A stretch of 64,000 bases of DNA from Lama glama (Eukaryota). The notes below the pieces were generated by a model. It ran no database searches, had not been told where the DNA came from, and saw nothing but the letters and a program-made list of their open reading frames with translations. The stretch is taken from NCBI GenBank assembly GCA_028534125.1, contig CM052817.1, positions 64,172,001 through 64,236,000 of the forward strand, written 5' to 3'. Positions 12,699 through 26,040 of the stretch are shown one piece after another; the stretch's first letter is position 1, and each line of letters begins with the position of its first letter. Made by a program: the position numbers and the translations under genes.

Positions 12699-12827
12699 GC
12701 ATTGCTGAGAAAGATTTAGAAAGTGCTAAACTTGTACAGATTTTACACAGACTGCTAGCAGATGAGAGAAGTGCTCCTGAAATCAAATATAATTCCATGG
12801 TCCTGATCTGTGCTCTCATGGGGTCTG
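12699..12827 (+). CDS. RAP1GDS1: RAP1GDS1 penultimate coding exon, 129 nt, phase 1/1
   Basis: Acceptor ttccatgttccag| and donor TCTG|gtaagt. Translates (G)IAEKDLESAKLVQILHRLLADERSAPEIKYNSMVLICALMGS, within ORF 12683..12889. Confidence 0.96.
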
Positions 12828-12980
12828 GTAAGTATTTCTTCTGTCATTTGATATTCATCAACGTATGGTTGACATTAAATATAAAATAATAATAATGGTT
12901 GCTTTGGGTTTAAAAGGCATTAGAAATTAGTTTATGGAAGATACAGGATTCCTTTTATCTTGCAAATATTCGCCACGGAT

Positions 12981-13100
12981 TTTGGTGGGGGGGAGGCGGT
13001 AATTAGGTTTATTTATTTTTAGTGGCGGTCCTGGGGATTGAGCCCAGGCCTCCTGTATGCTAGGCAGGTACTCTTCCACTGAACTATTACCACCCCCCCA
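12981..13100 (-). mobile_element. tRNA-derived SINE, Vic-1-like
   Basis: Reverse complement of the SINE at 60977, including the same tail motif (gtaattaggtttatttattt...ctggggattgagcccagg...ccactgaacta). Confidence 0.8.
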
Positions 13101-13269
13101 AAAAGATTCTTAATAATAGAAAGTATTATATAGCAAACAAAAATCAATGTTAAAAAAGTTTACCTTTAAGTTTCATTAACCCTAAAATATTATTTTATAT
13201 AAAGAACAAGTTCTGATTTTGTATACCATGATATTAACTAAGGAATTTGTTCAAGAAATCATTGGCATA

Positions 13270-13775
13270 TCTTGGTATATGTTCCGTGGACACTTGAACA
13301 TATATCCTGCTGTTATCAAGTGGTGAGTTCTATAAATGTCAATTAGATCCTTTTGCTTGATACTAGTGTTTTCTGTATTCTTGCTGATTTTCTACTGGTT
13401 CTGTCAGTTTTTGAGAGAGGGGTGTTGAAGTCTCCAACTACAATTGTTGATTTGTCTGTATCTCCCTTCAGTTCTGTCAGATTTTTGCTTCATGTTTTGC
13501 AGCTCTGTTGATAGGTACATACAAACTTTAGGGTCACTGTGCCCTCCTAGTGGATTGACCTTTCTATCATTATGTAATGTTCCTCCCTGTCTCTGGTACT
13601 TTGCTCTGAAGTCTACATTGTCTGATATTAATTTAGCTACTCCTACTTTCTTTTGAGTAAAATTCACGTATCTTTTTCTTCCCTTTCAGTTTCAGTCTGC
13701 CGCGTCATTCAATTTAAAGTGTAGGCAACGCATTGTTGGGTCATGTTTTTGACTCCACTCTGTCTCCCTCACCTT
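13270..13775 (-). mobile_element. Old LINE-1 ORF2 endonuclease-region fragment
   Basis: ORF 13404..13667 begins QKKVGVAKLISDNVDFRAK, resembling the L1 EN motif QKKAGVAILISDK. It is frameshifted. Confidence 0.75.
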
Positions 13776-14889
13776 TTTTTTGCTTAACAGTTGTGTGATT
13801 TCATCCACAAAGTTGGTTATCATTATTATTATTACCATTTGTTAGATGAGGAAGCCAAGGCTGTGAAGGAAATAAGCAGGGACAGTGCAGTAGTGCTGGG
13901 TGAGGAGTGATGAACATGAATGGTCCCATTTGTTAGGGACAGGTATTTTCAAGGTGATGGTGACAACTACGGAGGGCAGTTTCGGGAAAGCACTTCTGGA
14001 ACTAAGTCTTGGTGGGAGGGGTTGGGATCCTAAGTGGCTTGGTGCTTTCACCAAGGCCTGAGGTTCAGCTGTCAACTGAGCAGGTTCACATGCCTCATTT
14101 TGTGCACACACTAAAGGTGGACCTGTCTCCTGGGGTGGGCTCACCGTATCCAAGTACAAAACCAGAATGGTAGTTTACTCATTTATAATGAGAAGTATGA
14201 CTGCCCCTGATCTCAGAACACCCCCCATGCACATGTCTCGTGCACTGACTCCCGCAGGGCAGACAGGCATCGAGGGTTGCTTGATGAGCTTTGACCAGAA
14301 CAAGGAGTTAAATGAATGGACTGTGTAGTGGCATCAGGTCATGGTGGTTTGATGCATCTGTCTTTGCAGCAGGGTCCACTTTGACAAAGGAATTGTAATC
14401 CTGGAAGCCCTTGGCTTGAGGCACCTGTCATCTTTTTAGATGTTGCTGGTGTGGCTCTGTCTACACTGCCCTAGGTAGTGTTTGTGCTCTATGCTGCTGT
14501 GCTGACCAGCGCCCCAGTAATCTCTGCTTTGCTTGTATTCTTTGAGGGTATTTCCCACAAATCCTGCTTGGGCAACACATTGCATGATAAAATTCTCCTT
14601 CACAAAGAGTTTTTCCATTCTCAGATTGACCAATTAAATGGGCAAGATACTCTTGTGTTAAATCTTTAGTTAGGGAAGATTTTTCTTGGGGTATTATGTG
14701 GATTTTTCCAGAGCCATTTTTTAAAATAATGCAGTTAGAGGAAAATAGAAATACTGTGATATGAAACTCAAATTGGAGTAATGGGAAACAAAAGGTTTGT
14801 GTGGTGTTTAATCAGTAAGCAAAAATAATTTACTATTTTGAGGTTTTTCAAAATGATCATTGTATAAAATCTTTATTCAATTTATTTAA

Positions 14890-17645
14890 ACGAAAAACTA
14901 GTTTACACATTTCTTCTACTCCCACCCCCTGCCTCTTGCAACCACCAGTCTATTTTCTGTATCTATGAGCTTGGTTTTTGATTTTTAGATTCCACATATA
15001 CAAGAGATCATATGGTATTTGTCTTGTTCTGTCTCACTTACTTCACTTTGCCTTCGACGTCCAGCCATATTGTCGCAAGTGGCAAGATTTCATTCTTTTT
15101 TTAATGGCTGAATGATACTCCATTTTTATAAATATATGACAGTGTCTTTATCCATTCATGGACACTTAGGTTGCTTCCATATCTTGGCTTTTGTGAATAT
15201 TGCTGCAGTGAACATAGGGGTGCAAAGGGTTTCAAATTAGTAATATTTCCTTTGTATACATTTAGAACCACATTAGATAATGTTACCATTTTTGTTTTCA
15301 ACCATCAAACATAATCCAGAGAACTCTTGAGAGAAGGAGAAACTACTGTATTTATCTACATATTTGCTATATCTGTTCTTTCTTTCTGATGTTAGAAGTT
15401 TCTTTTTTTAAAACATTCCCTTTCTGTTTAGAGAACTTCCTTTAGCCATTGTTTTAGGTGAGATCTGCTTATGACAAATTCTCATTTCCTTTATTATTCC
15501 TTCACTTATTCATTCTCTTTCAGGATATGTAGATTTGTTCTTCATTTCTGAAAAATATTCTGTGTTAGAACTCTAGGTTGACAGTTCTTTTCCTCAAAAC
15601 TTGAAAAATGCTGTACCACTTTCTTCTGGCCTCCATGGCTTCTTGAGAGAAATCCACTGTCTCCCTATTTGTCGTTCCCCTGTAGGCAAGGTGTCATTTC
15701 TGATTCAAGATTTTTTTCTGTCTTTAGTTTTCAGAAGTTTGACTATGATGTGTCTTGGCATGCATCTCTTTGGGATTATCCTGTTCAAGTTTTGCTCAGC
15801 TTCTTGAATATGTAGGCTCATGTCTTTTGCTAAATTTGGAAAGTTTTTAACCATATTTCTCCAGGTACTTTTTCAGTCCCACCCTATTTCTCTTTGCCTT
15901 TGAGACTAATGACAGAAATGTGAGATCTTTAGTTATGTAGCACAGGTGACTGAGGCTTTTCATTTTTTTTCCAGTTTATTATCTCTGTTCAGATTAATTT
16001 CTGTTGCTCTGTCTTTAAGTTCATTGATTGTTTCTACTCCATTCTGTTGTTGAGCCTCTCAAGTTTTCTATTTCAGGTAAAATAGTTTTCAGTCTACTCT
16101 CTTCTTTACATTTTCTCTTTCCTTGCTGAAACTCAGTTTTTCTTACTTGTTTCAAGCATATTCGTAATTGTTCAAGCATTTTTAATGTAAAATATACATA
16201 TAATTTGTGATCTTAATGCACTGACCTATATACTTAAAAATGGTTAAGTCTCTTACTATCATTGTGCAACTCTCCTCACCATCCATTTCCAGGCCTTTTT
16301 CTTATTTCCAAACTGAAATTCCGTACTCTTTAAACAATAACTCCCTAATCACCCGTATCCCCAGCTTTTGGCATCTACCATTTTATTTTCTGTCTCTCTG
16401 AGTTTGACTACTCTTGGCACCCCATTTAAGTGGACTCATACAGTATTTGTCCTTTTGTGTGTGGCTTACTTCACTTAGCATACTGTCTTCATCCATGTTG
16501 CAGCATGTGTCAGAATTCCATTTCTTTTAAGGCTGAATGAAAAAGTATTTTGTTTATCCATTCACCCATCAATGGACATTTGGGCTATTTTCACCTTTTG
16601 GCTATAGTGGATAATGCCACTATGAACATGGGTACACAAATACCTGTTCAAGTCCCTGCTTTCAGTTATTTTGCATATGTAAACAGAAGTGGATTTGCTG
16701 GATCATACAGTAGTTCTGTTTAATTTTTTGAGGAACCACTGTACTGTTTTCCACAGTGGCTGCACCAGTTTACATTCCCACCAGAAGTGCACATGGGTTC
16801 TAGTCTCTACATCCTCACTAGTATTATTTTCTGTTTTGATAATAGCTATCCCACTGGGTGTCAGGTAGTATCATACTGTGTTTTGATTTGCATTTCCCTA
16901 ATGATTAATGATGTTGGGGATCTTCCTGTGTGCTCATTGGCCATTTGTATGTCTTGTCTTCTTTGGAGAAATGTAAGTCCTTTGTTTTTTCAATCAGGTT
17001 GTTCTCTGAGGTGGAAAAGTTCTTTATATGTTCTGTATGTTAAATCCTTATTGGATATATATGTGATTTGCACATACTTGCTTCTGTTCCAAGAGTTGCC
17101 GTTTCACTCTGTTGATTGTGTCTGGATACACAGAAGTTTTAGTTTTGATGAAGTCCAGTTTATCTGTTTCTCCTTTTGTTACATATCCAAGAAATCACTA
17201 CTGAACCTAATCTCATAAAGTTTTCCCCTAAGTTTTTTTGTTTTTTTTTAAAGAATCTTTTAGTTCTTATGTTTAGGTCTTTGGTCTATTTTGAGTTAAT
17301 TTTTGTTTGTTGTAAGATAAGGGTCCAACCTCATTTTTTTACTTGTGGATATTACCAGCACCATTTGTTGAAAAGACTGTCCTTTTCTCATTGAATGGTC
17401 TTGACATCCTTGTTGAAATTATTTGATTATATATTTCTGTGCTTTCTATTCTGTCAGTCTGTCTCTATACCAGCACCACACTGTTTTGATTGATTACTGT
17501 AGCTTTGTAGTAAGTTTTGAAATTAGGAAGTGAGACCTCCAGCTTTGTTCTTTTTCAAGATTGTTTTGGATATCCAAGAATGCCTTGAGATTCCATCTTA
17601 AGGATGGAATTTTAGGATGAATTTTTCTATTTGTGCTAAAAACAG
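14890..17645 (-). mobile_element. Cluster of LINE-1 fragments: L1MA-like 3' end ~14890-15245, older 5'/ORF1-like part ~15250-16180, L1MB-like 3' part ~16180-17645
   Basis: Multiple L1 motifs (tttagattccacatat, ggctgaatgatactcc, ttttccacagtggctgcacc, gttttgatttgcatttcccta, ccagcaccatttgttgaaaagac). No intact ORF. Confidence 0.8.
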
Positions 17646-18281
17646 TATTTCTGGTTTTATTCCTCAGTCTTATCAAAATAAACACATCAGTTTAAAGGAC
17701 GCTGATTACATAAGTCTTCCCATATATCACTTCTCAGAGTCTTAAAAGCAGCCCTGTATTTTACTGTAATTAAGGTTAAACAGAGCAAGAAAACCAAAAC
17801 GAGGAAGATAGGAAATCTAAAAAAGGAGCCTTCTGTCACAGTTTGTTGAAAGGATGTGGAGTATAACCATTTTATTTGCCACAAAATTAATCTGAAACAG
17901 ATCTAAGATTTTCCTATAAGTATTGAACTTCATATCTGAACTGATGAAACTGATGATAGGGTCAAGGGGTACATTGCTGAACCCTGAGATCATACACTGT
18001 GCTGTGTTTAATTATAACTCACTACCTTAATCAACCTTATAGAACTTGATTGACATTTGATTTAGTTTTATATAACTGTGGCAAGTAATGGGTCTCTGAT
18101 TTTTTTTTTATCCTAAGATATCTCTAAAGATGACATTTCTAGGCTATTGCTGCATCTTCTTCCAGAATTGGTCCTAGTTTTATAACTCAGCATCATCTAA
18201 ATAAGCATTTTGAATAGAGTATATAGTAAGATTAGAACAGCCTAGTAGAAGCATATCTGTTACCCGGTTTCTGTCTTCCAG

Positions 18282-18409
18282 AACCTCTGCACAAGGAAGT
18301 ACAAGATCTGGCCTTTCTGGATGTTGTATCCAAACTTCGCAGTCATGAGAACAAAAGCGTTGCTCAGCAGGCCTCTCTCACAGAGCAGAGACTGGCTGTG
18401 GAAAGCTGA
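18282..18409 (+). CDS. RAP1GDS1: RAP1GDS1 terminal coding exon, ending in TGA at 18407-18409
   Basis: Acceptor tttctgtcttccag|. Translates (E)PLHKEVQDLAFLDVVSKLRSHENKSVAQQASLTEQRLAVES*, matching the SmgGDS C-terminus as I recall it. Confidence 0.96.
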
Positions 18410-20010
18410 GAACGGCCCCTCCCTAATACATTTCTGATTCCCTTTCGTCCTCCATCCAGCTGCCTCTTCTGCTTCATCCTCTTCCATATCACTTGTGCAT
18501 GCGTGTAATGTTCCAATACCAATTGAAGAACTGCTGTAGGTACCTGCCCAATAAGATTTCTAAACCCATTGTTAGCGTGAACATGAATTTGTCAAAACGA
18601 GTCTCCACTAATAACTGTTTTCTTGTATTCCTGTTGCTTGAGCTACATTGAGTAGAACGTGCATGTTGTAGTCCTATGATGATGTAAACTTGGTACTACA
18701 TAATGACTTGCTCCTCACCCTGGGTAAACTACATAATAATGTACTGGTAAATAAGAAACAAGAAAGAATGCAGCAGGAGCTAACTAGCTTATTAAAGATG
18801 GCATTGACTAGTGAAAATAGCTCCATTTCTTGGTGCTTGGAAAGCACAGTGACCAAAAAATCTGTATGGCTGCTCATTCATTAGTCTTCCCTACTAATGT
18901 CAAACCATGGTACCTAGAGTTAAATAAAATCCAATGCTCTCACTCTTTACCCTATGGTTTCTCCTCCTTCCTATGTAGATGCTTGAAATTGCCAGTCATC
19001 AGTAGCCTGATGTTGAAAACATTGGTGGTTTTCAGCATGAAACTAAGGGGTTGAAGAATGTTACACTAGTACATCTTTTTTTGCCTGTATTTTTGATTCT
19101 GCTGTATGTAAAGTTTGACCTCAGAATTTCTTCCATCAATTAATCATCATTGTCCAACACTTGTTTTTAAAAGTCACTTGGCATTTGCTTTCAACTCAGA
19201 AAACTGAGTATAGCTCATTGGAGAATGGATTTTTCCCCCCCCCGTTTTTCATCATTCAGCTTGAAAGTAAGATGTTTTCCCGGTCATTGCCTCTTTAAAT
19301 CTTATATTAGAACTAGCAGGACTTACAAAAAAATTAAGAAATGTTCATCTAAAGAAAGCAGGTTATAAAAGCCATAGTCGCCGGTCCAGTTCACTCTGCA
19401 CATGGCCTCATACCAGTAGCTGTTAGTTCCCCGCCTCCACTTCCCACAGAGAACTGCAGTCTGTCTTCAAGGCTCTCAGAAAAGGTGACAGTGCCAAGGC
19501 TCGAGATGAGAAGACCTCCCTGGCAAAATGTAGTATATACTCTTCACTGCCACTACCACCACCAAATGGGTTTTTAGAGCTTTAGGACACAATCTTTGTA
19601 AAGTAACCAAAACCCCCTGTGACATACCTGCCTCTTCCCGTGCCCAAGTCTGACCACTACTGGCCAAAAGGTAAGATGGGCTCCTTCCTCTCTGTGAGAT
19701 GCTGCACATCTCGACGGACTGACCGAAGCTGGACTTTTGACTCTGAAACAGCTATAATTCAAGAAAGTTAACATCCCAGTGGAGGTAAAGAACCTTTTGG
19801 CTGTTCCCTTTGATGTCCAAGAACGGGACTAATACTGTGAGTGCTTAATGCTACTCTTACTGTCAGAATGGTCTTGTTTACTGTCCTCTCCTGGGCTGGA
19901 TAGTGGGCTCTATTTTATTATAGGTTTTGAAAGATATCTGTAATGTTGCAATATAGGCTGTCCATATTAATAACTAAATAAATAGTATATTAAACTGTAA
20001 TGGCATCATT
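18410..20010 (+). other. RAP1GDS1: RAP1GDS1 3'UTR (~1.6 kb, end approximate)
   Basis: Repeat-poor sequence after the stop codon, ending at AATAAA 19977-19982 and ATTAAA 19989-19994 followed by a GT-rich tract (ttggtttgtttgt). Confidence 0.7.
19977..19994 (+). terminator. RAP1GDS1 poly(A) signals (AATAAA plus ATTAAA)
   Basis: Two hexamers close together with a downstream U/GU-rich element at ~20009-20030. Confidence 0.7.
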
Positions 20011-21854
20011 TGGTTTGTTTGTATATTTTACTTATTTCCAGCTCCTGTCAGAGTACTTGCTCACTGTTGGTGCTCAGTACCTATTTGCTGAATGAATCCC
20101 TACTTCCATGAAACTTCCCGGCTGCCTGCCTGAATTATTTCTAGATAGACTGCTAGAGAAATTGAGATGTAAATATTTGTTTGACTTCAGGGAATTTTTT
20201 TTTTTGATAGTAGGAGCTGTCTGTAGTAATAGCCTATCCTTAATAGTGTATTAATGGTGTCTATTAATAGTTTGAGGAGCACCCAGTTATCCTCAGTGCA
20301 GAATGCACAACCCCTCACTTCATTCCCTCTGAAACTGAGATGCCAGGTGGGCAGAGCAGGCCCTGAATGTACCCCCACTAGAGGACTTCCTCATCCTATC
20401 TCAGACGTCTTCGTCTGTAAAGTGGCATAACAGGAGTAGCTCAGTGATACTAGCTTTTATTAAGATTATTACTAAGTCAATATAAAGTTGTAGTACTATG
20501 AGTTTTTCAATATAGAAACAAAATAATCCCCCTTCTCATTTTCAATGCTGACGTCTTACTAGTATTTATAAAATACACCTTTTTAACGTACATACCTTTC
20601 AGGTATCTGTCTTTGTCTTTTTCTTAAATATAAATGCTGTGTGTTTCGCATAAAGGCTTATGGTAGCTGTACTTTAAATCCTCTGATAGAATTCACCTCC
20701 GATGGTCTATTTATCATTACACTTCTTGGCTAGACAGGCAGAATCCCTTTTATATTGGAGGTTTCCGGCTATAAGCTGTTGGTTCTTGTATGCCATGAAT
20801 GGTCCGCTACAGAAGGAAAAAGTGACACTATGCATGGAATTTATGCTCCTAAGTTTAACTAATATTCTTTCTTTCTCAGTTGACTTTTAAAAGTTCATTA
20901 TTTCCTTATCCTTGCTTTGTTTCTTCCCAGGAAAACAAAACGTTTAAAACCTCTTACCAAATTGAATTTTTTAGCCATGGCCGCAGAGATTCTAACAGAT
21001 GCATGTTTTCCATTTCTGCAATGTCTGCTATTTATAACACTAGACAGGAACTGAATATGATGACAACTCATTTCTATACCGGAACCAATTATAAGCAGAA
21101 CAAACTTCAGCCAGGTAGGGACTGATGCCTCTGGGTCTCCTGACATTTGCTTCCTCAGTCCCTGGCTTTTCTACTGCCTGATGTCATACTGTCCAGAGAG
21201 AAGTGTAGGCCCTCCCACTTCCTAAACAAACCAGAAGATCAGACTGATGTTATGAGCAGTGCCCTCTTCTCATAAGTGACAAATGGTTTCTCTGACTCCC
21301 AGCATGATCAATGCAGCTTTCAAGGAGTAAAAATGGAGCAGGTAGGATGGCTCAGGCATAGGAACAGGGGCTCAGGCGAGAAGTGACTTGATTCAAATAA
21401 CATCTCCAACCTAAAAAGCTAACTTGGCTTTAACCTTTACCCCCAACCTCAGAGCACAGACTTAGAATTAGCCATCGCTCAGAGATCTGTGATTTTGCTG
21501 GTAGGCATAAATGCAATCTTGTATTAATCTGCTTAACCAAATAAAGTTAAAACCACATTGAGTGGTGTGTAGAACTTTGTAGTGTTCAGTTGGTATTGGT
21601 CACTTAGAGAATTTTCTGTTTCAGGATTAGGTTTTAGGAAAATTAACTAGCTAGATTTTTTTAATCTTCATCAAGAAAAGTTTAAAACCTAATCTCATGC
21701 TTTGAAGCCTTTTAGTCTCAGGTTTGGGGCTTTTTTATCTAAATAATTCAAAAGATCTCTATTAGATTTCTGTTATCTCAAAAATTTTAAAGCCTTAACT
21801 CAGATTTCCAGTATATAAACTTTAAATGCAACCATAGTTCTAAAAATATATCTA

Positions 21855-22735
21855 ATACTCCTCAAAAAATTAAAAATAGAACTACAATATGATCCAGCAG
21901 TTCCTCTTCTGCATATTTATCCAAAGAAAACAAAAACACTAATTTGAAAAGGTACATGCTCCCCTATGTTCACTGCAGCATTATTTATAATAGCCAAGAT
22001 ATGGAAGCAACCTAAGCGCCCATCGATAGATGAATGGATAAAGAAGATGTGGCATAGTATATACAGTTGTCTCTCTGTATCTGCAGGGGATTGGTTCTAG
22101 GACCTGCTGCTGATACCAAAATCCGCAGATGCTCAAGTCCCATAGTTGGCCCTTTGTATCCGTGGTCTCATACCTGCACATTCAGCCAGCCAGGGACTAT
22201 GTAATACTGTAGTGTTTAGGGAAAATAATCCATGTGTAAGTGGACCTGCACAGTTGAAACCCATGTTGTTCAAGGGTCAACTGTATATACAATGAAATAA
22301 TACTCAACCATAAAAACAGTGAAATCTTACCATTTGCAGCAACATGGATGGACCTTGCGGGCATTATGCTACGTGAAGGCAGTCAGGCAGAAAGATGGAT
22401 ACCTTGTGATTTCACCTGTATGTGGAGTCTGAAACACAAAACAAAGAAAACATATATAGACTCACAGATACAGAGAACAAACTGGTGGTTGCCAGAGGGG
22501 ACGGTGGGGTGTGGTTGGGTGAAACAGGTAAAGGGGTTAAGAGGTACAAACTTCCAGTCATAAGCTGTGGGAATATGATGACACAGCATAGAGAATATAG
22601 TCCATAATATTATAATAGCCTTTTTTGGTTACTAGACTTACGGTAATTATTTCATAATGTATTTAAATGTTGAATCACTATGTTGTACACCTGAAACTAA
22701 CATAACACTGTACATCAACTATACTTCAATTTTTA
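21855..22735 (+). mobile_element. L1MA-type LINE-1 3' end, interrupted by a MER8-like element
   Basis: ctcaaaaaattaaaaatagaactac...atagccaagatatggaagcaacctaag...gtacacctgaaactaacataacactgtacatcaactatacttcaa followed by an AT-rich tail. Confidence 0.85.
22064..22283 (+). mobile_element. MER8-like TcMar-Tigger MITE nested in the L1
   Basis: Termini cagttg...caactg, TA duplication at 22062-22063 and 22284-22285, and the MER8/Tigger3-type end gtggacctgcacagttgaaacccatgttgttcaagggtcaactg. Confidence 0.8.
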
Positions 22736-25579
22736 AAATATCTAATTGTCAAGTATACTTGACAGATACTACTTACCATGCAGTAGTCAGTCATTTATTG
22801 ACTCCCAGGCATCCTGAAGGAGAGAAACTCCAACTGTACTCTCATATTACTGTTAAAAATAATTCCTATATGAATGCTCACTTTGAGTTTTATAACCATA
22901 TCTACTTTATTGCCTCACCTTCTAGCCAAATGGTGTTTTTTGTTGGTTGGCTGGTTGATTGGTTTTTAATGCACTGTCATACAAAGAATAGAGCCATGCC
23001 TGCTGGGAGGCTGGCTGTGTGCCCCTGCCCTCGGGGTGTCCATGCCTTCAGATGAAAAACCCCTTCTCCTTTTAAGACAGTTCACAGTGCTCTCCTGTGG
23101 TCATCATCACCCCCACCCCAGGGCCAGAGGTCAGCCGCCTGTGACCCTGACCGCTCTTCAGGGATGCTCCACTCTGCTTCTAGGTGCTGGGTTCCTCCCC
23201 ATGCCTAGCACAGGCACATCAGATGAATACCTGGGATCACTTAGAACTAATGAAAGAGGTAAAGGTTGAGTTGTACTCTTCAGGTAACAAAGGCGTGTGG
23301 GTTGCAACCCAAGAAGACAAAGAGCTGCCCTAATCAGGGTGAACAACAGGAAGAAATATTAACCCGAGTAGCTTTGATTTCTGGTTAATCTCTGCAGGAA
23401 CCCCAAATAGTCCTAATTTCAACTGGAGCCTACCATCAGTAGGACGATTCCTCCACCCTACCCTCCCTTCGTTTATGGTTCTATAATGTACCCCACTCCT
23501 CACCATGCCTCTCCTGCAATGACTTCTTCTCTTGTGCAGGTAAGAGAAGTAGCGGAGTTACTAATGACTCAGATTCCACTCTTCTCACTCACACCCCTCA
23601 CACCCCGGTGCCCAGAAGTTAGGGGAAGTGAGATGGCAGAATGACCTTTGAGCTTCGTGATATCACAATCTACACAACGTCTGCTGTCCCCTCTCCTGCC
23701 CTCTTGATCCCCTCTGAGGATCCTTATGAGATGCAGGGCTCTCCCCCGAGCCATGAGAAGCGGGAGTAAGATGTGCACCGACCAAAGAAAAGCAAGTGAT
23801 GGAAAGGAGATATTACCTGTGCGTGTGGATGCTTAGAGCCTGATGCGACAGTCCCTGCCTCCATCACATGCAGGCTTTGTCTGATGCAGATTCAGAATGA
23901 TGTTCTGGCATGCTCTCCACAGCACTTACCCTGCACAGTGCGTATTTTATGTAGTCAGAGCGTTATGCCACTGTTTTCCCCACTTACACAATAAGCATTT
24001 TTCCACATTACTAAGAACTATTTGCTCTTCTTCCAGAAGAGTCCTCATTTAATGCCCTGAGGTGTCTGTGGCCTGGCTAGCACATTTCTTCCTCTGTATG
24101 CCAGAGATGGCGCACTGGGGCCCTCCTACGTCTTTGTCTGTTCTCCGTGGTATTTTGGGGAAAAAAGATGAAAAAGAGCAGCTCTAAACATTTAAAATTT
24201 GGAGGATGATTTTGCATAAAAATCTAGTTCTTTGACTTTTCTTTTAAAATGAGGAGAGCGCTGGCACCAGCCACTCTGCCTGCCAAGAGAGCAGCATGTG
24301 GCTGTGACCCTGTGCCTTTGGACAGGACAGGCGTCGCCAGCCTGTTAGAGCCCCCACCTGCCCTGCTCCCCTCAGCTCCACTGTCCCTGGAAGCCCACGT
24401 GGCTTGACCCTTGGAGACCCTGTGTGCAGTCTGTCTGCTTCCAGGCCAGAAGTGAGGGGAGGGCACTTTTAAAAAGGGGGCGAGAAGCAGCACTATGGGC
24501 AAGGCCATGTCAACTAGAGGTCCACATATTTGACCCAAGGGCATTTTTATGACCTGTGCAAACTTGCATTTTTTTTTTAATCCCCCCAGAGAAGACTTGA
24601 CATTCTGAGGGCCCATGACAGCTGCAGTCTGACTATCAAATGTCAGGAAAATGGAAACATAGACTTACACCTGGATCCGCTCCATCTGTTAACAGGAGGA
24701 AGCTGGTGCTGACCGGCCTGTCCCCTCACACGGCTGGCAGCGCCCTCAAGTGACTGTAGAGATTTAGCGAGTGCCTTCTTGGCTGGATGGGGAGCGCAGC
24801 CTTTCTCCTGAAGCCAGAAGTATCCTCACCGTCCCCTCTCTCCCATGACTCAGGAGTTCGCGTGGAACAGGGACCCTGCGAACCCAAGCGATTACACTGC
24901 TCTTTGAGAAGAAGAGAATTCTAACACCTGCCAACCTCCCGGGATATCTGATCAACCACAATTTCTTGCAGCCAACACTTGAGAAATGAGTCTCCTCATG
25001 TGAAAAGGCTCATACAATTGGAAGTTTCAATCCGCTCTCAGCCAAGACCTCTGTGAAGAGGAACATCCTGCTCCTAAATGTCTCACTGACATCATGTCCC
25101 TTGTGTCCCCCGAACGAGCCCCAGGGCAGGCACGTCTCCACACCTCGGACCACCGGCGACTACGCAGACCCAGAGCTACAGTGTGCCAACAGCACAGGAA
25201 CAGTGGTCAAATCTTGTTTTCTCTGGACTAATCCAGGACCAAAAGGTGCCAGAGCACCCCATAGTCAAAGAGGAAGACAGTATCAATTAGAGACCCAAAC
25301 AACAAAAATGCCTTCTGTCTCGGAGAAGATGAGGCAGAGCGTGGAAAAGGAAGAGGAAGGAGAAATTTGACTCAATTCAGGACGCAAATGTCCACAAAGT
25401 CAGCAGACACAGGAAGAGTGAGCCCGGGCAAAGGCTCGCGTTGGTGGACCAAAAAATAAGAATAATACTAAGACAAAAAACAAAAAAAACCCCCACAAAA
25501 CAAACATACAAACCAAAGAAAAGGAACATTTCATCTCTAGGGCAAATACTGCGAGTTTTTTACCCAATATCCAGCTCCC

Positions 25580-26040
25580 CTTTCTGCTTTATTAACAGAA
25601 CCCCAATTTTGTTCAGGGGGACAATGTACCAAGCTTAAAGTACTCCAATTCCCCAGCTTCCCACACGGGCATGACCACTCTCTAGACGTCCTGGGAAGGG
25701 CACCCCTTTGTGAATCAGAAGGCAAAGACCTGCTAGAAGGCCTTTGACCCTTCACCTTTCCTTCCTTCCTTTCTCTGGCTCAAATGGTGATATAGGCCCC
25801 AGAACTATGGCAGCCCTCTTGTAACCATGAGGTACAACATGAGGATGAAAGCCTCCACATTCTGCTCCAGGACAGTGGGGCAGAAAGGTGAAGAGAGTCT
25901 GGATCCCAGGTAGCATCAATGAACCAGAGGACCAGCCGCATGGTGAGGAGCCTCAGACAGTGCAGGCGACATGCCTGCCTGTTTAAACCCCTGGAGCAAG
26001 GTTTTCTGTTGTTTGGAACAGGATGAAATCTTGATTCATA
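25580..26040 (+). mobile_element. MaLR solo LTR (MLT1J/K-like)
   Basis: MLT1 motifs: tggcagccctcttgtaaccatgagg...gaggatgaaagcc...tgtttaaacccctg...gttttctgttgtttg. Confidence 0.6.
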
